Assembly: GCF_009914755.1 (NCBI RefSeq)
Contig: NC_060938.1
DNA: 64,000 nt
DNA from: the human T2T-CHM13v2.0 reference genome, Homo sapiens
Reading direction: 5' to 3' (one strand)
The translations under genes were made by a program, and so were the position numbers. Position 1 is the stretch's first letter, and every line of letters starts with the position of its first letter. Under the pieces are notes generated by a model. The model saw only the letters and a list, made by a program, of their open reading frames with translations, searched no databases and was not told where the DNA came from. This document shows positions 1 through 12,960 of the stretch, one piece after another.

Positions 1-1692
1 GTTTCAGAGAGCACAGGGTTGGGGGTAAGGTCACAGATCAGCAGGATAAGAATTTTTCTTAGTACAGAACAAAATGAAAAGTCTCCCATGTCTACCTCTT
101 TCTACACAGACACGGCAACCATCCCATTTCTCAATCTTTTCCCCACCTTTCCCCCCTTTCTATTCCACAAAACCGCCATTCTCATCATGGCCCGTTCTCA
201 ATGAGCTGTTGGGTACACCTCCCGGTCGGGGTGGTGGCCGGGCAGAGGGGCTCCTCACTTCCCAGTAGGGGCGGCCAGGCAGAGGCGCCCCTCACCTCCC
301 GGACCGGGCGGCTGGCCGGGCGGGGGGCTGACCCCCCCACCTCCCTCCCAGACGGGGCGGCTGGCTGGGCGGGGGGCTGACCCCCACACCTCCCTCCCGG
401 ACGGGGCGGCTGGCCGGGCAGAGGGGCTCCTCACTTCCCAGTAGGGGCGGCCGGGCAGAGGCACCCCTCCCCTCCCAGACGGGGCAGCTGGCCGGGCGGG
501 GGGCTGACCCCCCCCACCTCCCTCCCGGACGGGGCGGCTGGCCGGGCGGGGGGCTGATCCCCCCACCTCCCTCCCAGACGGGGCGGCTGGCCGGGTGGGG
601 GGCTGACCCCCACACCTCCCTCCCAGACAGGGCGGCTGGCCGGGCAGGGGGCTGACCCCCCCACCTCCCTCCTGGACGGGGCGGCTGGCCGGGCAGAGGG
701 GCTCCTCACTTCCCAGTAGGGGCAGCCAGGCAGAGGCGCCCCTCACCTCCCGGACGGGGTGGCTGGCCGGGCAGGGGGCTGACCCCGCCACCTCCCTCCT
801 GGATGGGGCGGCTGGCCTGGCGGGGGCTGACCCCCACCTCCCTCCCTGACAGGGTGGCTGCCGGGCGGAGACGCTCCTCGCTTCCCGGACGGGGTGGCTG
901 CCGGGCGGAGGGGCTCCTCACTTCTCAGATGGGGCAGTTGCCAGGCGGAGGGTCTCCTCACTTCTCAGACGGGGTGGCCGAGCAGAGACGCTCCTCACCT
1001 CCCAGACGGGGTCGCGGCCGGGTAGAGGCGCTCCTCACATCCCAGACGGGGCGACGGGGCAGAGGCGCTCCCCACATCTCAGACAATGGGCGGCCGGGCA
1101 GAGACGCTCCTCACTTCCTAGATGGGATGGCGGCCGGGCAGAGACGCTCCTCACTTTCCAGACTGGGCAGCCAGGCAGAGGGGCTCCTCACGTCCCAGAC
1201 GATGGGCGGCCAGGCAGAGATGCTCCTCACTTCCCAGACAGGGTGGCGGCCGGGCAGAGGCTGCAATCTCGGCACTTTGGGAGGCCAAGGCAGGCGGCTG
1301 GGAGGTGGAGGTTGTAGCGAGCCGAGATTACACCACTGCACTCCAGCCTGGGCACCATTGAGCACTGAGTGAACCAGACTCCGTCTGCAATCCCGGCACC
1401 TCGGGAGGCCAAGGCTGGCAGGTCACTCGCGGTTAGGAGCTGGAGAGCAGCCCGGCCAACACAGCGAAACCCCGTCTCTACCAAAAAAATACGAAAACCA
1501 GTCAGGCGTGGCGGTGCGCGCCTGCAATCGCAGGCACTCGGCAGGCTGAGGCAGGAGAATCAGGCAGGGAGGTTGCAGTGAGCTGAGATGGCAGCAGCAC
1601 AGTCCAGCTTCAGCTCGGCATGAGAGGGAGACCGTGGAAAGAGAGGGAGAGGGAGACCGTGGGGAGAGGGAGAGGGAGAGGGAGAGGGAGAG
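1..1692 (-). mobile_element. SVA retrotransposon (SVA_D-like or younger), 3' end cut by the window start
   Basis: On the minus strand: (CCCTCT)n hexamer head (~1640-1692), Alu-like domain (~1260-1630), GC-rich VNTR of ~40-50 bp units such as gggggctgacccccc-acctccctcccggacggggcggctggccgggc (~225-1260) and SINE-R sequence (1-~215). Confidence 0.97.
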
Positions 1693-3620
1693 CCTGTCAG
1701 TGTTATTGTCTCCTTGAAGTAAACTTTTTTGTTTCTCTGATTGCTTTTTACATTTTTTTCTTTTACTTTTTTTTTTGGCAGTTTTATTTTATGCCTTGAT
1801 GTGGTCTTCTTTTTATATTTCTTGCTTGAGTTCAGAGACCTTATTAAAGCTCTGTCTTCTTTTCTCAATTTTAGGACATGTTTAGTCAATATCTCTTTCT
1901 CCTCCTGAGACTTCAATTACATATATGTTAATCTTTTCATTGTGTTCCCATATTTTCTATTCTTTTTTTCTAGTTCTATGTGCAACAGTTTTGATTTTTG
2001 TTTTTTTGTTTTTGTTTTTGTTTTTTAAGATACGGGGTCTTGCTAGGTTTCCCAAGCTGGTCTCGATCTCCTGGCCTCTAGCAGTTCTCCCATCTTAGCC
2101 TCCAAAAGTGCTGGGATTACAGGGATGAGCCACTACACCTGGACAATTTTAAATTTTTAAAATTACCTGTCTTTTATTTCACTAAGCCTGTCTTCTACTT
2201 TGAAGGCCATCTATTGAATTCTTAACTTTAGGTTTTGAATTTTTAAATTCTACAATTTCTTTTTTCTTTTTTGTACATTCTGATTCTCTAGTGAAATACT
2301 CATCTTTCTAAATCTATTTTCTTCCCCCTTTGCCTCTGTTTTCCTGAGCGTACTGGTCATCGTTACTTTAAAGTCCATGCCTATTAACTCCAATATCTGA
2401 ATTACCTCTGGGTCTTTCTCTATCGTCTGTCTTGTCTCTTGGCATGCCCATTAATTCTTGATTGAATGTAATATAACCTGAACCTCCAGATGATTTTGTC
2501 TGCCTCCAAAGAGGGTTTATCCTTTACTCTCCTGCAATGACTGAATGAAACCCAGTCACATTTATCCAGTAAGGTACTGTGTTGACTTGAATCTGGCTTC
2601 CAGTTTGAATAAGGATCAGTTGTTTCTGGTTTGCCTCCTTTCTTGTTGCATAGTTCACTAGGGCCTTCAGTGGTGAAAATGATACCTTCACTGAGCTTTT
2701 TTAGAAATTCTCATTTTAGCTTTTTTAATCTTTCACTTAGGACATCTCAGAATTTGCCAAGTATCTTGAAAGGAGAACTTGATATGTGTTTCAGGTCCTT
2801 TAGGTCTCCAATTCTGTCACTCCAGCCCTGCAAAATTGCCCAAAGCTCTGCTAGTTTTCCTATTCCTAGAAGCAATCTTCTGCTAGGACAGAGCCCACAT
2901 TATCAATTCCCTCATCTTCACCCAGAACCAGCAAATGCCTCCAAGGGAAAAGTGGCTGCAGATCATCAGTTTACCTCTCTGTTGTTCTCCTTTCTGAAAT
3001 CTTAGTCCCTCTATTAGTCTTTATCTTACACCCTCTTCAACACTTTTAAACAAATACTGTTTTTTGTACTTTATTCAGCTTTTCCAGTTGTTGTTGGCAG
3101 GAGGACTGGTCTATCACAAACTATTCTGTTCTGTCTCAAAGCAGGAATCCAATGAGTTTTAAATTTCCTTTATTATAATTTTCATTTCTAGAGGTTATAT
3201 TTTGTTCATCTCCAAATGCATTTGATCATTTTTAGAGTTCCTATCTCATATTTTTAATTTTTTATTTTCTTATATGTTTTAAACATGTATTTCATACTTA
3301 ATTTCTTATAATTTTGACATGTCAAGAATTTGCTGCTCTGATTTTGTTGTCTATTATTTCTGCTAGCTATCTTTATTTTGCCTCACTTCTTTAGATGTTT
3401 GGTGATTTATTAATGTGAGCTTATATCTTCTTAGAACTATTCTCTATGGAGTTTTTCAAAGCCTGTGTTAAAGGTGGGTTCCTCCATAAAGTTTTACATT
3501 TGCTTCTGCCAGTCACTTGGAAACATGTTAGATCACTTTTAAATCTTAATTTGACTTTCACTAGGCCACTTAGGTAATGTTAATTTGGGTTGAAAATCCA
3601 CAGAAGAGCTAGCTTATGGT
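1693..3620 (-). mobile_element. Old degraded L1 (L1M-type) sequence interrupted by an Alu monomer
   Basis: Long T-rich tract with motifs resembling antisense ancient L1; judged by eye, boundaries approximate. Confidence 0.45.
1995..2144 (-). mobile_element. Alu left monomer (FLAM/AluJ-like)
   Basis: T-rich tail followed by ggggtcttgct...ctggtctcgatctcctggcctc...aaagtgctgggattacag. Confidence 0.85.
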
Positions 3621-3662
3621 TATAAAATTCATAGGGGAAATTTTTTTTAATCCTTCATTCAT

Positions 3663-3974
3663 TTTTTTAAAAATTATTATTATACTTTAAGTTTTAGGGT
3701 ACATGTTCACAATGTGCAGGTTAGTTACATATGTATACATGTGCCATGCTGGTGCGCTGCACCCACTAACTTGTCATCTAGCATTAGGTATATCTCCCAA
3801 TGCTATCCCTCTCCCCTCCCCCCACCCCACAACAGTCCCCAGAGTGTGATGTTCCCCTTCCTGTGTCCATGTGTTCTCTTTGTTCAGTTCCCACCTATGA
3901 GTGAGAATATGCGGTGTTTGGTTTTTTGTTCTTGCGATAGTTACTGAGAATGATGATTTCCAATTTCATCCATG
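3663..3974 (-). mobile_element. 5'-truncated young L1 3' end (L1PA2-like) with 16-bp target site duplication
   Basis: Canonical L1PA 3' UTR (tatactttaagttttagggtacatg...gcattaggtatatctcccaatgc). TSD ttaatccttcattcat at 3647-3662 and 3975-3990. Lacks the L1HS-Ta ACA diagnostic. Confidence 0.92.
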
Positions 3975-4331
3975 TTAATCCTTCATTCATAGCCTGAGTT
4001 CAAGATTTCTCTCCCCGGATGGATTCTGGCTTTGTACTTTGTCCCCTGCTACGTTACAAGGCCCTGAAAACCCAAGCTCAACTTTACCCCTGTCATAAGA
4101 CAAACACTTTCAAGATGAAAACTGCCTTTTGTGCTTTACTTACCACTTAGGATTACATTTTACTTAGGTTTGGGCCTCAGAGTATTATTGACTTATTGAC
4201 TGCCAACATATTGATGAATTTGAAAAGACGTTTTTCATTTTCTATCCAACATTTTTAGTTGCTTACTGCAGGAGGTACCAGGTCCATCATAGCAGGAAAC
4301 AGTAGTCATGGTTGAATGTTATTAAATCTAA

Positions 4332-4365
4332 ACACGCACACACACACACACAGAGAGAGAGAGAG
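4332..4365. repeat. Compound (CA)n(GA)n microsatellite
   Basis: Read directly. Confidence 0.9.
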
Positions 4366-6733
4366 AACTGCACTGCTAATAAAATGTTCTGAATTTAGTA
4401 TCACTTGTATACATGATTAAAATGAGCAGATAATAAATTTACCTTCCAAGGTCCATAATTGCAGCTCTTTGTCCCCACCAGTAACTACAAGCAGTTTTTC
4501 ATTAAAGAAAAGAAAATGATTGAATAATCCAAATTAGCCTGGGCAAGAAAATTAACAGCTGCCGAAAATGAAATGTTTGAGTTATGAGCCATGTACCACT
4601 TTGGTTTATCTGCAGCCAAAAGGTTCAGAATCCTTATTCAATTAACCATGTTGCTTGGGAGGGCCTGGTTGCCCTGAATAAGAGCTGCCTGGTGATGAGT
4701 AAGAGGTATCCGTGACACACAAGTTCAGACCTTGCAACTCTGTTTTTGTTGTTTGAACTTTCTTCTCCGTTGTAGCTAGGGATCCGGCATGGAATTTAAG
4801 CACTTGTGTGGTAACTCCATTCCTTCAAGCCATTGTGTTGTTAAGCTCTAGCTAACGAACTTTTAACACTGGCTCCATGTAAAGCAAGACTTAGAAAACA
4901 GCAGCGATCAACATTTTTGGTTTTATAATAAGATTATATAATTTATATGTCTTCATGCAACTAAGATGCTCTTGCCTCCCTAGACCAACTGCTCCCTAAA
5001 AGGTAGCCTTTAAAATATATATATGAAAAGTAAAGAAATAAACCAAAGTGCACTAACAAAAATTAAGAAGTAACTTTCATTTCAAAAATCATACATACTG
5101 TGGCAGAAACTTCAAAAAGCATACCTGTTTTAAAACTTAGGAACTTTGCCTAAAATAGAGGAACCATAACTGTATAATATTTTTAAAAGGTGAGAACTGC
5201 CAAATGCACCAGTCATGTATACTTTATCTCATGTGGCCCTTTTCTTCCATGCCAATGTTTTTTGTTGCTTAGGGAGATCTTCCTGATAATGTCACAAAGA
5301 ATGTCTCTCAGACCCATATAGATTAGGTACACTTTGGCTTGCTAAGAACAAATTTTTCTTTAAAATAGCTAAGCTTCATATTGCTTCTAACTGTACTATC
5401 TTGAGACTAAAAGCCAAGTGACTGAAAGACAAGAGACTGAATTTCTTCTCTAACTCATAAACCAGTTCTGAAGATACTTCTGTGGGAGAAAATTCAAATA
5501 TATTTTGAACAATGATATAATTTGACATAAAATATCTCAGTGTTATTTCTTTGAAGAATTACACTTTATCTAAATGTGTACACCGATTACTAATGTCTTA
5601 GTATGTTATAGTCTTAGCACTTTGCAAAATTGGATTTGCTTTTTGCATCTTTTCTTAAACTGTGATCATATTATAAAGAGTAGTTATGTAATTTTATTTA
5701 GGTGACATAGAGGAAGGTAGGAATATGAATAAGTAATTGGTGTCAAAAAGAAGTGAGGAAAAGCTTTTGAAATCAGAAGTTTCAGTTAAAGCTTCAATTA
5801 TATCACAGCAATAATTGGTTTCTGCTTTTATAAATAAAATACTTTTATAAATTGCAACAACTTTTCAAGGAATATAGTTAGTTACATATTGCAGATATTA
5901 TTTTCTTTATATTTTAGGAAAGTTGTCTGGGCTCATGTTGCATTTTTTTAAAGAACCAATTTCCCACATTATACATAAAAGTTCTATGCTACATTTTGTT
6001 TTCTTATGAATGGCAAGAAAATTAATAAAAGTGACTTTTATTCATAACATACTAATACCTGAGACCGTGTACTCCAGGCATACTCTCCATTTCAGTTCCT
6101 ACCCTATATTTTCAATGTTTGAGTCATTTGCCATTTTTAACCCTCTACTCAATCAAATCCACCTTCACTTTTTAAATCCAATTCATCCATCAGGAACACT
6201 TATGTACCACCCCCTACATGAAGCTTTCCCTAATTCCCCACCCTCACCCCACCACCAAGTTGTAGTTAATCTCCCTTCTGTTTGCCATATAGCTCTTTCT
6301 TCATCTATTAGGGCAGTTATTAAGTTTTCTCTTGGTTTCAGTATTCCTTTACTATTTCCCATTAGAATGCAAGCTCCTGAAGATGAGAGATTCAGTTTTG
6401 TTCCGATTTCTTTGCACAGGTAAATACTTGATGAATAATCATCCTTGTTTAATGATGAAACCCTAAATTTTCAAACTATTTCAACTTTCTAAACATTTGT
6501 ATGATGTGCCGTTCTAAAAATATGACATTAAAAGTTTAAAATTTAAATATTTTTCCTATATCAGTGATATTAAAATATATAATTATGTCAAATTATCTAG
6601 CACCTGGCACATTACCAGGTAAAACATTGTATTTACCTGAATACTATAGCTGTTTAACCATAATTAATTAATCAATTTAAAGTGAAGGGCTGTTGTGGGG
6701 TTGTTTGATGTTGTTGTTTAATTTTTTTGGTTT

Positions 6734-7204
<471 letters not shown>

Positions 7205-9179
7205 TGAAGTCTGGTTTTATTTTGTTGACTACAAAGTTTATACAAAATTTCCAGAGAAGAAAATAGGCCATTTAAATCCTTATTGAGCAATAGTGATAAC
7301 TACATTGCTTGTCCAAATTCAGGCAAGGAGAAGAATGCAAACAATGTATAAACCAGTGTAAATTGTTTGGATGTCCTCTGATGTTGCTGCATGTACTTTA
7401 AATCATGATTTCAAATTCAGTGGTCCCTCATTTTCTAAAAACAACCAAAGTTATATGAGTTCTTATTACTTTGATATACTTTCTTGACATTTTACTCTCT
7501 GGTTATATTATTCTTTCAATACCCAAGTCATATTTTAAGATATTTGGGAGCAAAAATAAATTGTGCATGAATATTACCTACCAAACTACAGCTTCAAAAA
7601 TTGATATTTGGTTACTAATATTATTTTGTCTCTGATTCAGTCTCCACCAGTTTTCATCAGGTAACATCATGTTGAATGATGATCCTAAAGCTTAAAAACA
7701 TGCCTGCCATTCTTCAACAAATAGGTCAGTTGTATCAGACTCTCTGAAACACTCAAGCAAAGAATATTCACTGCATTTTACTTGTATGACCATGACATTA
7801 ACACACTTTAAGTTCCTTAAAGAAGATTTTCTTCTCATAAATCTATTCTGTCTGTGGCTAATCAAATTACATTTTTCAATATAGTATGTCCTTCTCCAAT
7901 ATTGTTTCTAGTATGTACCTCATACACAAAGTTGACTATCTTGATTATAATTGACTGCTGGCAGAGTGATTCACTTTTGATAAGAGTAACTGTATTTTGC
8001 TTGTGATTTTCCAGGAAATATAGCTTTTTTACCATGAAGGAACAGGAAGCCAAAACTTCCAGCATTGTTTTCTATGTTGAAAAATTAAAATTATATAGAT
8101 GAATATTGCTCAAATGCTAGCATGTGGCCAAATGAATCATATTTGCCTTAAAGTAGCAAAAAGGTTAAGATACTATCTTAGTTCATACTTAATTTTTCTT
8201 GAGATTCATCACAGAAGAAATGAAAACGCTATTGCTTCCTAGCTCTTGTCTTGAACATCTAAGTGCTCTTAGCTAATAACTTTTTACTTAGAATTATATC
8301 TTTAATTCTAGGATCTCTAAATCACTTTGAAACCACTTAATTAAAACATTGTCCTTTTATGTAAAACCTTCACATTTGTGAAAAATGAGAACAGAGGAAT
8401 TGAAAAACATTTATAATGTGACATAAGCAGGCATTTTGTGAGCTAGAATTGCAAACGTGCATCCATCCCTAAGCTGTTCAGGTTGTCAGCCATACTGCTT
8501 CCCTATCTGCGCTGTTTAGAGCTGAAACCTGTGCCATCATGGTTAATGTTTTGACAGATTTTATTATAAACCTTGCTGTTGTAAATTTGCCTTGAGCCAA
8601 AATTTAACATGTTGTAAGTTCAGAAACAGTTTTTACTGTTGGTGATCAGAAAGGGAAATAAATCAATTATGCTCTTTTGAATGATAGGAGTATAGAGTTT
8701 AACTCCTTAAAAGTTATACATTGCTTGAAATTTGGGACAAATTCTCATTCTCTATGTTCAGGACCTCTCATTTGTCAGTAAAATCACACATTAACACTTT
8801 TGTGACTATTGTAAAGGAGAATCTACCAAAGGAAGTATTATGTAGCTTATATATGCTCACTAAATTTTACAACCAAAATATTATCCCTAATTTTTTTAAT
8901 GAAAAGGTCCGTTGCCTTAGTATATGGAAACAAAAATGTAAAACTCTTGGAATAGCCACTTTCTTTCCAGATAATTTATTCAGAATGCTCTTTAGTGAGC
9001 CCCTATTTTATAGTGTCTGTCATCTATTCTTTTAGAACTACTTATTTTATTAAACATGCTCCCAATCACTGCTGTTACTAACAGCCTGTAGATCTAGATT
9101 TTTTTCTCTCTAAAACATCTTCATTGACCATGACCATTAATATTTACTCATAAATGGATTTGTACACAGGCTCAACCAT

Positions 9180-9493
9180 AGCACATCAGTGAAGACAAAA
9201 AGAGTTGTTACTCAGTTCTTTACCCTAGAATAAATCAAATCAACAAATATTTATTGAATGTCTACTATGTGCAAATAGCCCTGGACTGTTCAGCTTTTAA
9301 AAGCCATCCAACTTTTCACATTAACAAATCAAAGCATTATTATTTCAAGCATTGCAGAAGCTGCTTCCATGTCCTTAAGGTGACAAAGCATATGAGGACT
9401 TTGCAAGTACTTGGAGTAAAGGAAGAGAAGAGAATTCACAGAGTGAAAAGAGGAGAAAGAGTGCTCTAAAATATCACCAATGGACTGCAACAT
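9180..9493 (+). ncRNA. Probable first exon of a + strand lncRNA between MIPOL1 and FOXA1 (recalled as EST14 / RP11-356O9.1)
   Basis: TATA-like CATAAA at 9149-9154, ~30 nt upstream of the inferred start, and candidate donor CAT|gtatgt at 9494. Identity rests on recalled locus organisation, not on a search. Confidence 0.5.
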
Positions 9494-10892
9494 GTATGTA
9501 TGTACACATAAGTTTATGTGTATGTGTCTATATTATGTATGTGTTTATATATGTGTATACATACAATGAGAAGAATGAGTGAATTTGGAGAGAAATAGCC
9601 TTCGTTAAAGTACAATAGGAATAGGCATTCACATTTCAGTCCAGAGTTTTGCGTTAAAAATAGGCTTACTAGTTTAGTGTTAAGTCCTATGATACCAATA
9701 AACCAAAATATATCATGGTACAACAGAAAGTTTGATCAATTTGGAGTCCCACATTCTAAAACCTGGCTTGCCCTGAAGTGTATTTTGAGATAACCTCATC
9801 AATCAATAGAATTATAATAAAAGAAATGACTTGTACATTGTCATTATAAAAAATTATTGTATAGGCCTAAAAAAGAAGTTAATTTTATCATAAATAAAAG
9901 AAGCTACTTAAGAGCTCATTTTAAAGATTCTAATTGCTATTGGAAATGAAATAGAAATTACCAGTAACAGCCAAAACTTGTGTACTTCATTAACCTACAC
10001 TATTCTGTGTGCTTAATTTTATTAATCTATAAAAGATAATATACTGTCTATTCACATCAAATAATTAAATGTATTTTGTTAGTGAGGTATAAAAGAGAAA
10101 CTGGTGATAATTTCCAGCTTTGCCAAACAGAATTCATCCTGGCTGTTTTGCACAGAAGGTATGTGTATATGTTGGCCATAGAAGATACTGTCATTGACAT
10201 TCTCACAGGGGATATCTGGTATCAACTTTAAAATATTTGTTTAGGAGAACTAATTTTTAAACATCAATTTTTGCCTCCTATTCGTAGGCTAAGTTTAATT
10301 TCTAATGAAAATCAAAACAGACTCTTTAATCTTTTTAAATAGCAGATTTTCTCTTTCCTGAAGTGCCTCAGATTAATTTCTTAATTTTTGTGTTCAGAAA
10401 AAAAAAACTAGCATAGCTCTATTCAAACTTTATGCTTCTGTTACAAAATTGTTCATTATTAAGATCACCTTGAAGCAAAGATATCTTCTCATGTCGTCTT
10501 TTAATTACTTGCTACTTTGCCTATCTGGTTGTAATTTATCTTCAAACCATACCCCGATTGCTCTGTAGTAAATTTTGGATTTCTTCTCACATACAGTCTT
10601 TTTTTTCTTGGTAAAATTATCCCATTGGCCTTCTTAAACATAGTAAGCACTTTCAACCTGTTACTATTTACATTGGTTTGATATCTTTCACTTATTTTCT
10701 TGCTGTATTGTAATTAATGTCTTCTAGATGTTCTAAATAAAATTGCACTTGGGTGATCCAGATCCAATGCTTATGTTCATGAAGAAATACTATCTTTAGA
10801 GTTGTTTCTAATTCTCACCTAACCTTTCCCTATCTTTTGACCAGGATTCCCAATACTGAGACCCTCTTACCTAGGACCTAGCCTGGATTCAC

Positions 10893-10906
10893 CTGCCCCC
10901 TTGTGG
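10893..10906 (-). promoter_or_regulatory. Candidate CTCF site
   Basis: Minus strand CCACAAGGGGGCAG, a close match to the CTCF core, in otherwise AT-rich DNA. Confidence 0.55.
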
Positions 10907-12059
10907 TGTTCCTCTCTGAGAAGTTAATTTCTGAAATTTGGGACAGTTAATTAATTTCTGATATTTGGATTTGGCATTACATAGCCTGAGAAGAGAAACC
11001 TCATTACCCTTGTCTAGTAGGCTAGAGTCGGAAAAGTTATCTTCTTTTAGCCACTGGCTAACATGAAAAGATGAAAGGTATTTTTTCTTATTCAGAGCAC
11101 AAGAAGGAACTTGAGCACTATAAAGAAATGAGAAGTATAAAATAAGTGACGATGCTTAATTTTGTCTAGAATCAATATTAGTGACCTGCAGATTGATAAA
11201 CTAAAGTGTTACAAAAATTCTCATATAGCAACTAAATCAAGTTTATTCTTTGTCAGTGTCTCCATTTTTTAGTGAGTGGAGAAGAAAGGGAGACTGGTAT
11301 TCTATTTTATTTAAATTTTATATAGATTGCCTAAGCCTTTCATCAAGGATGAATATATAAATATAAAAAATAAATCAAATATTTTATAATGTATAGTCAA
11401 GTGTGTTTGATATGATTGATGCAAATAGATTGTTTCCTTTTCTCAAAAGGAATTCCTTCCTCACATGTCACAGCACTAACTTTTACTCTTCAATTGAAGT
11501 CAATAGAATTTGCACATGGAAAGGGGATGTGTATATTCAATGAGTGACTTTACCTAACCACAAATTCAGTGACATTTTTCAAGAATAAGGACTTCATAAT
11601 TAGGCCTCTAGTTAATAACAACATAGAGATAAAAGCAAGGGAAAGGGGAAAGAAAAGTACTATTTTCATAAATAAACCATTTGTCTTTCTTAGGAGGAAG
11701 AGATAGATTAATAAATTATTATTGTTAGCAAGATCCCAAGTAAAATTTTAAAGATCTCCGTTTCTGCCTGTTAACTGTCAAATATTTTTAGCAGAAAACA
11801 GTTGTCTCTTTACATGGTGTTCTACCTCCCACCCTACCTGCACCCAAGCCTGTTTGGATCGAGAAATAGTGATACTCTGTGACATTTTAAATATCATGTC
11901 ACCTGACCTGAGATCTAGAAGAAGAAACAGTATGCAAGCTTTAATAAAGCTATTTGCAGGCCAACTCCCAAATTTCTAGTATTTACCACTCCTTTGCAGT
12001 TCCTCTTACATTTGTAACAGTTGACCTACTAACAGGTTCCCAGAAACACAGATTCAAAT

Positions 12060-12960
12060 TTTGGCAGGCTTACCTCACCTCTTTGTCCTTCCAAAGTACA
12101 TAAATGCTAAACTGGGTTCACAGTGAGAATGAGAGTCATTCTAACAAGACTTTTAAAACCAAGACCCTTTCTGCTCCCTACCAAGTTACTGCCATCTTCT
12201 CCGAAGAAATAAAGTTTTGTCAGTGTGCCCTTGGCATAATTTCTTCAGCCTGGATTAAACACAGGTGACTGAGAGTCCGCCTTATCTCCACAGGGCATTA
12301 GTCACTCTATAAAAGTTAAATTTATTATGAAATGCTTTGTTTGTGTTAACATATATCTTCTCTGGGAAGCTGGAAACAAAGGCATGTCCTTTAAGACTCC
12401 ATATGGGGAAAACACATCCTCCTTTGGAATTTAACCTTAATTTGAACCAAGATCTGTGAAAGAAAAGTACTTTAGTGTATTGTTCCCTTGCTCCACCCTT
12501 CTATCCCCTTATCTAAATGGAGTTACTGTTGCTTCGTGTTTTTTTAACCCTTCCAATTCCAGTCCTTGCTTTCCTGAGTTTAAAATTTATCCTGGGAAAG
12601 AAATATATTAAAATAATTGTGGCAAACAATTATACTTTGCTTTTAAGAATGAATTTTTTTTGTAATATATTAATTCTGATATCCTTTAAGTTAAGTAAAT
12701 GCACAGCCAGTTTATACATCTTCATTGTTCATTTTGTTGTTTTAAGATACATTGTAAAGAATATTTTATTTCCTAAAAATTTTATTTCCTGCATATCTTC
12801 TCTAAGATTCTCTGGCTAGCAAACATTGTTATATATGCATAGTTTACACCTTATTAGAAGTAAAAAAGAATTAAAAGTAAGAAAAATTTCCACTAGGAAC
12901 AATAATGAGGTACTATTTGAAAGACCAATTTTCTATCTGTTTTCCTTCAGTCTGTTTGCA
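12060..12960. promoter_or_regulatory. Candidate enhancer with clustered FOX, GATA and AP-1-like motifs
   Basis: TGTTTGC/GCAAACA at 12622, 12819, 12953; TGTTTGT at 12338; CTTATCT at 12281 and 12508; TTAGTCA at 12298; TATAAAAG at 12308. No recognisable repeat here. Confidence 0.5.

Noticed and set aside
225-1260. Repeat array superficially like a CRISPR array
   Set aside because: Contiguous SVA VNTR units without unique spacers, in eukaryotic DNA.
19-1916. Many overlapping Pro/Gly/Arg-rich ORFs up to 189 aa
   Set aside because: They are translations of the SVA VNTR and Alu-like domain; few stops are expected in a GC-rich repeat.
5344-5359. ARE-like AGAACAaatTTTTCT
   Set aside because: The second half-site lacks the critical G, and such matches are common in AT-rich DNA. 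I found no convincing full ARE by eye.
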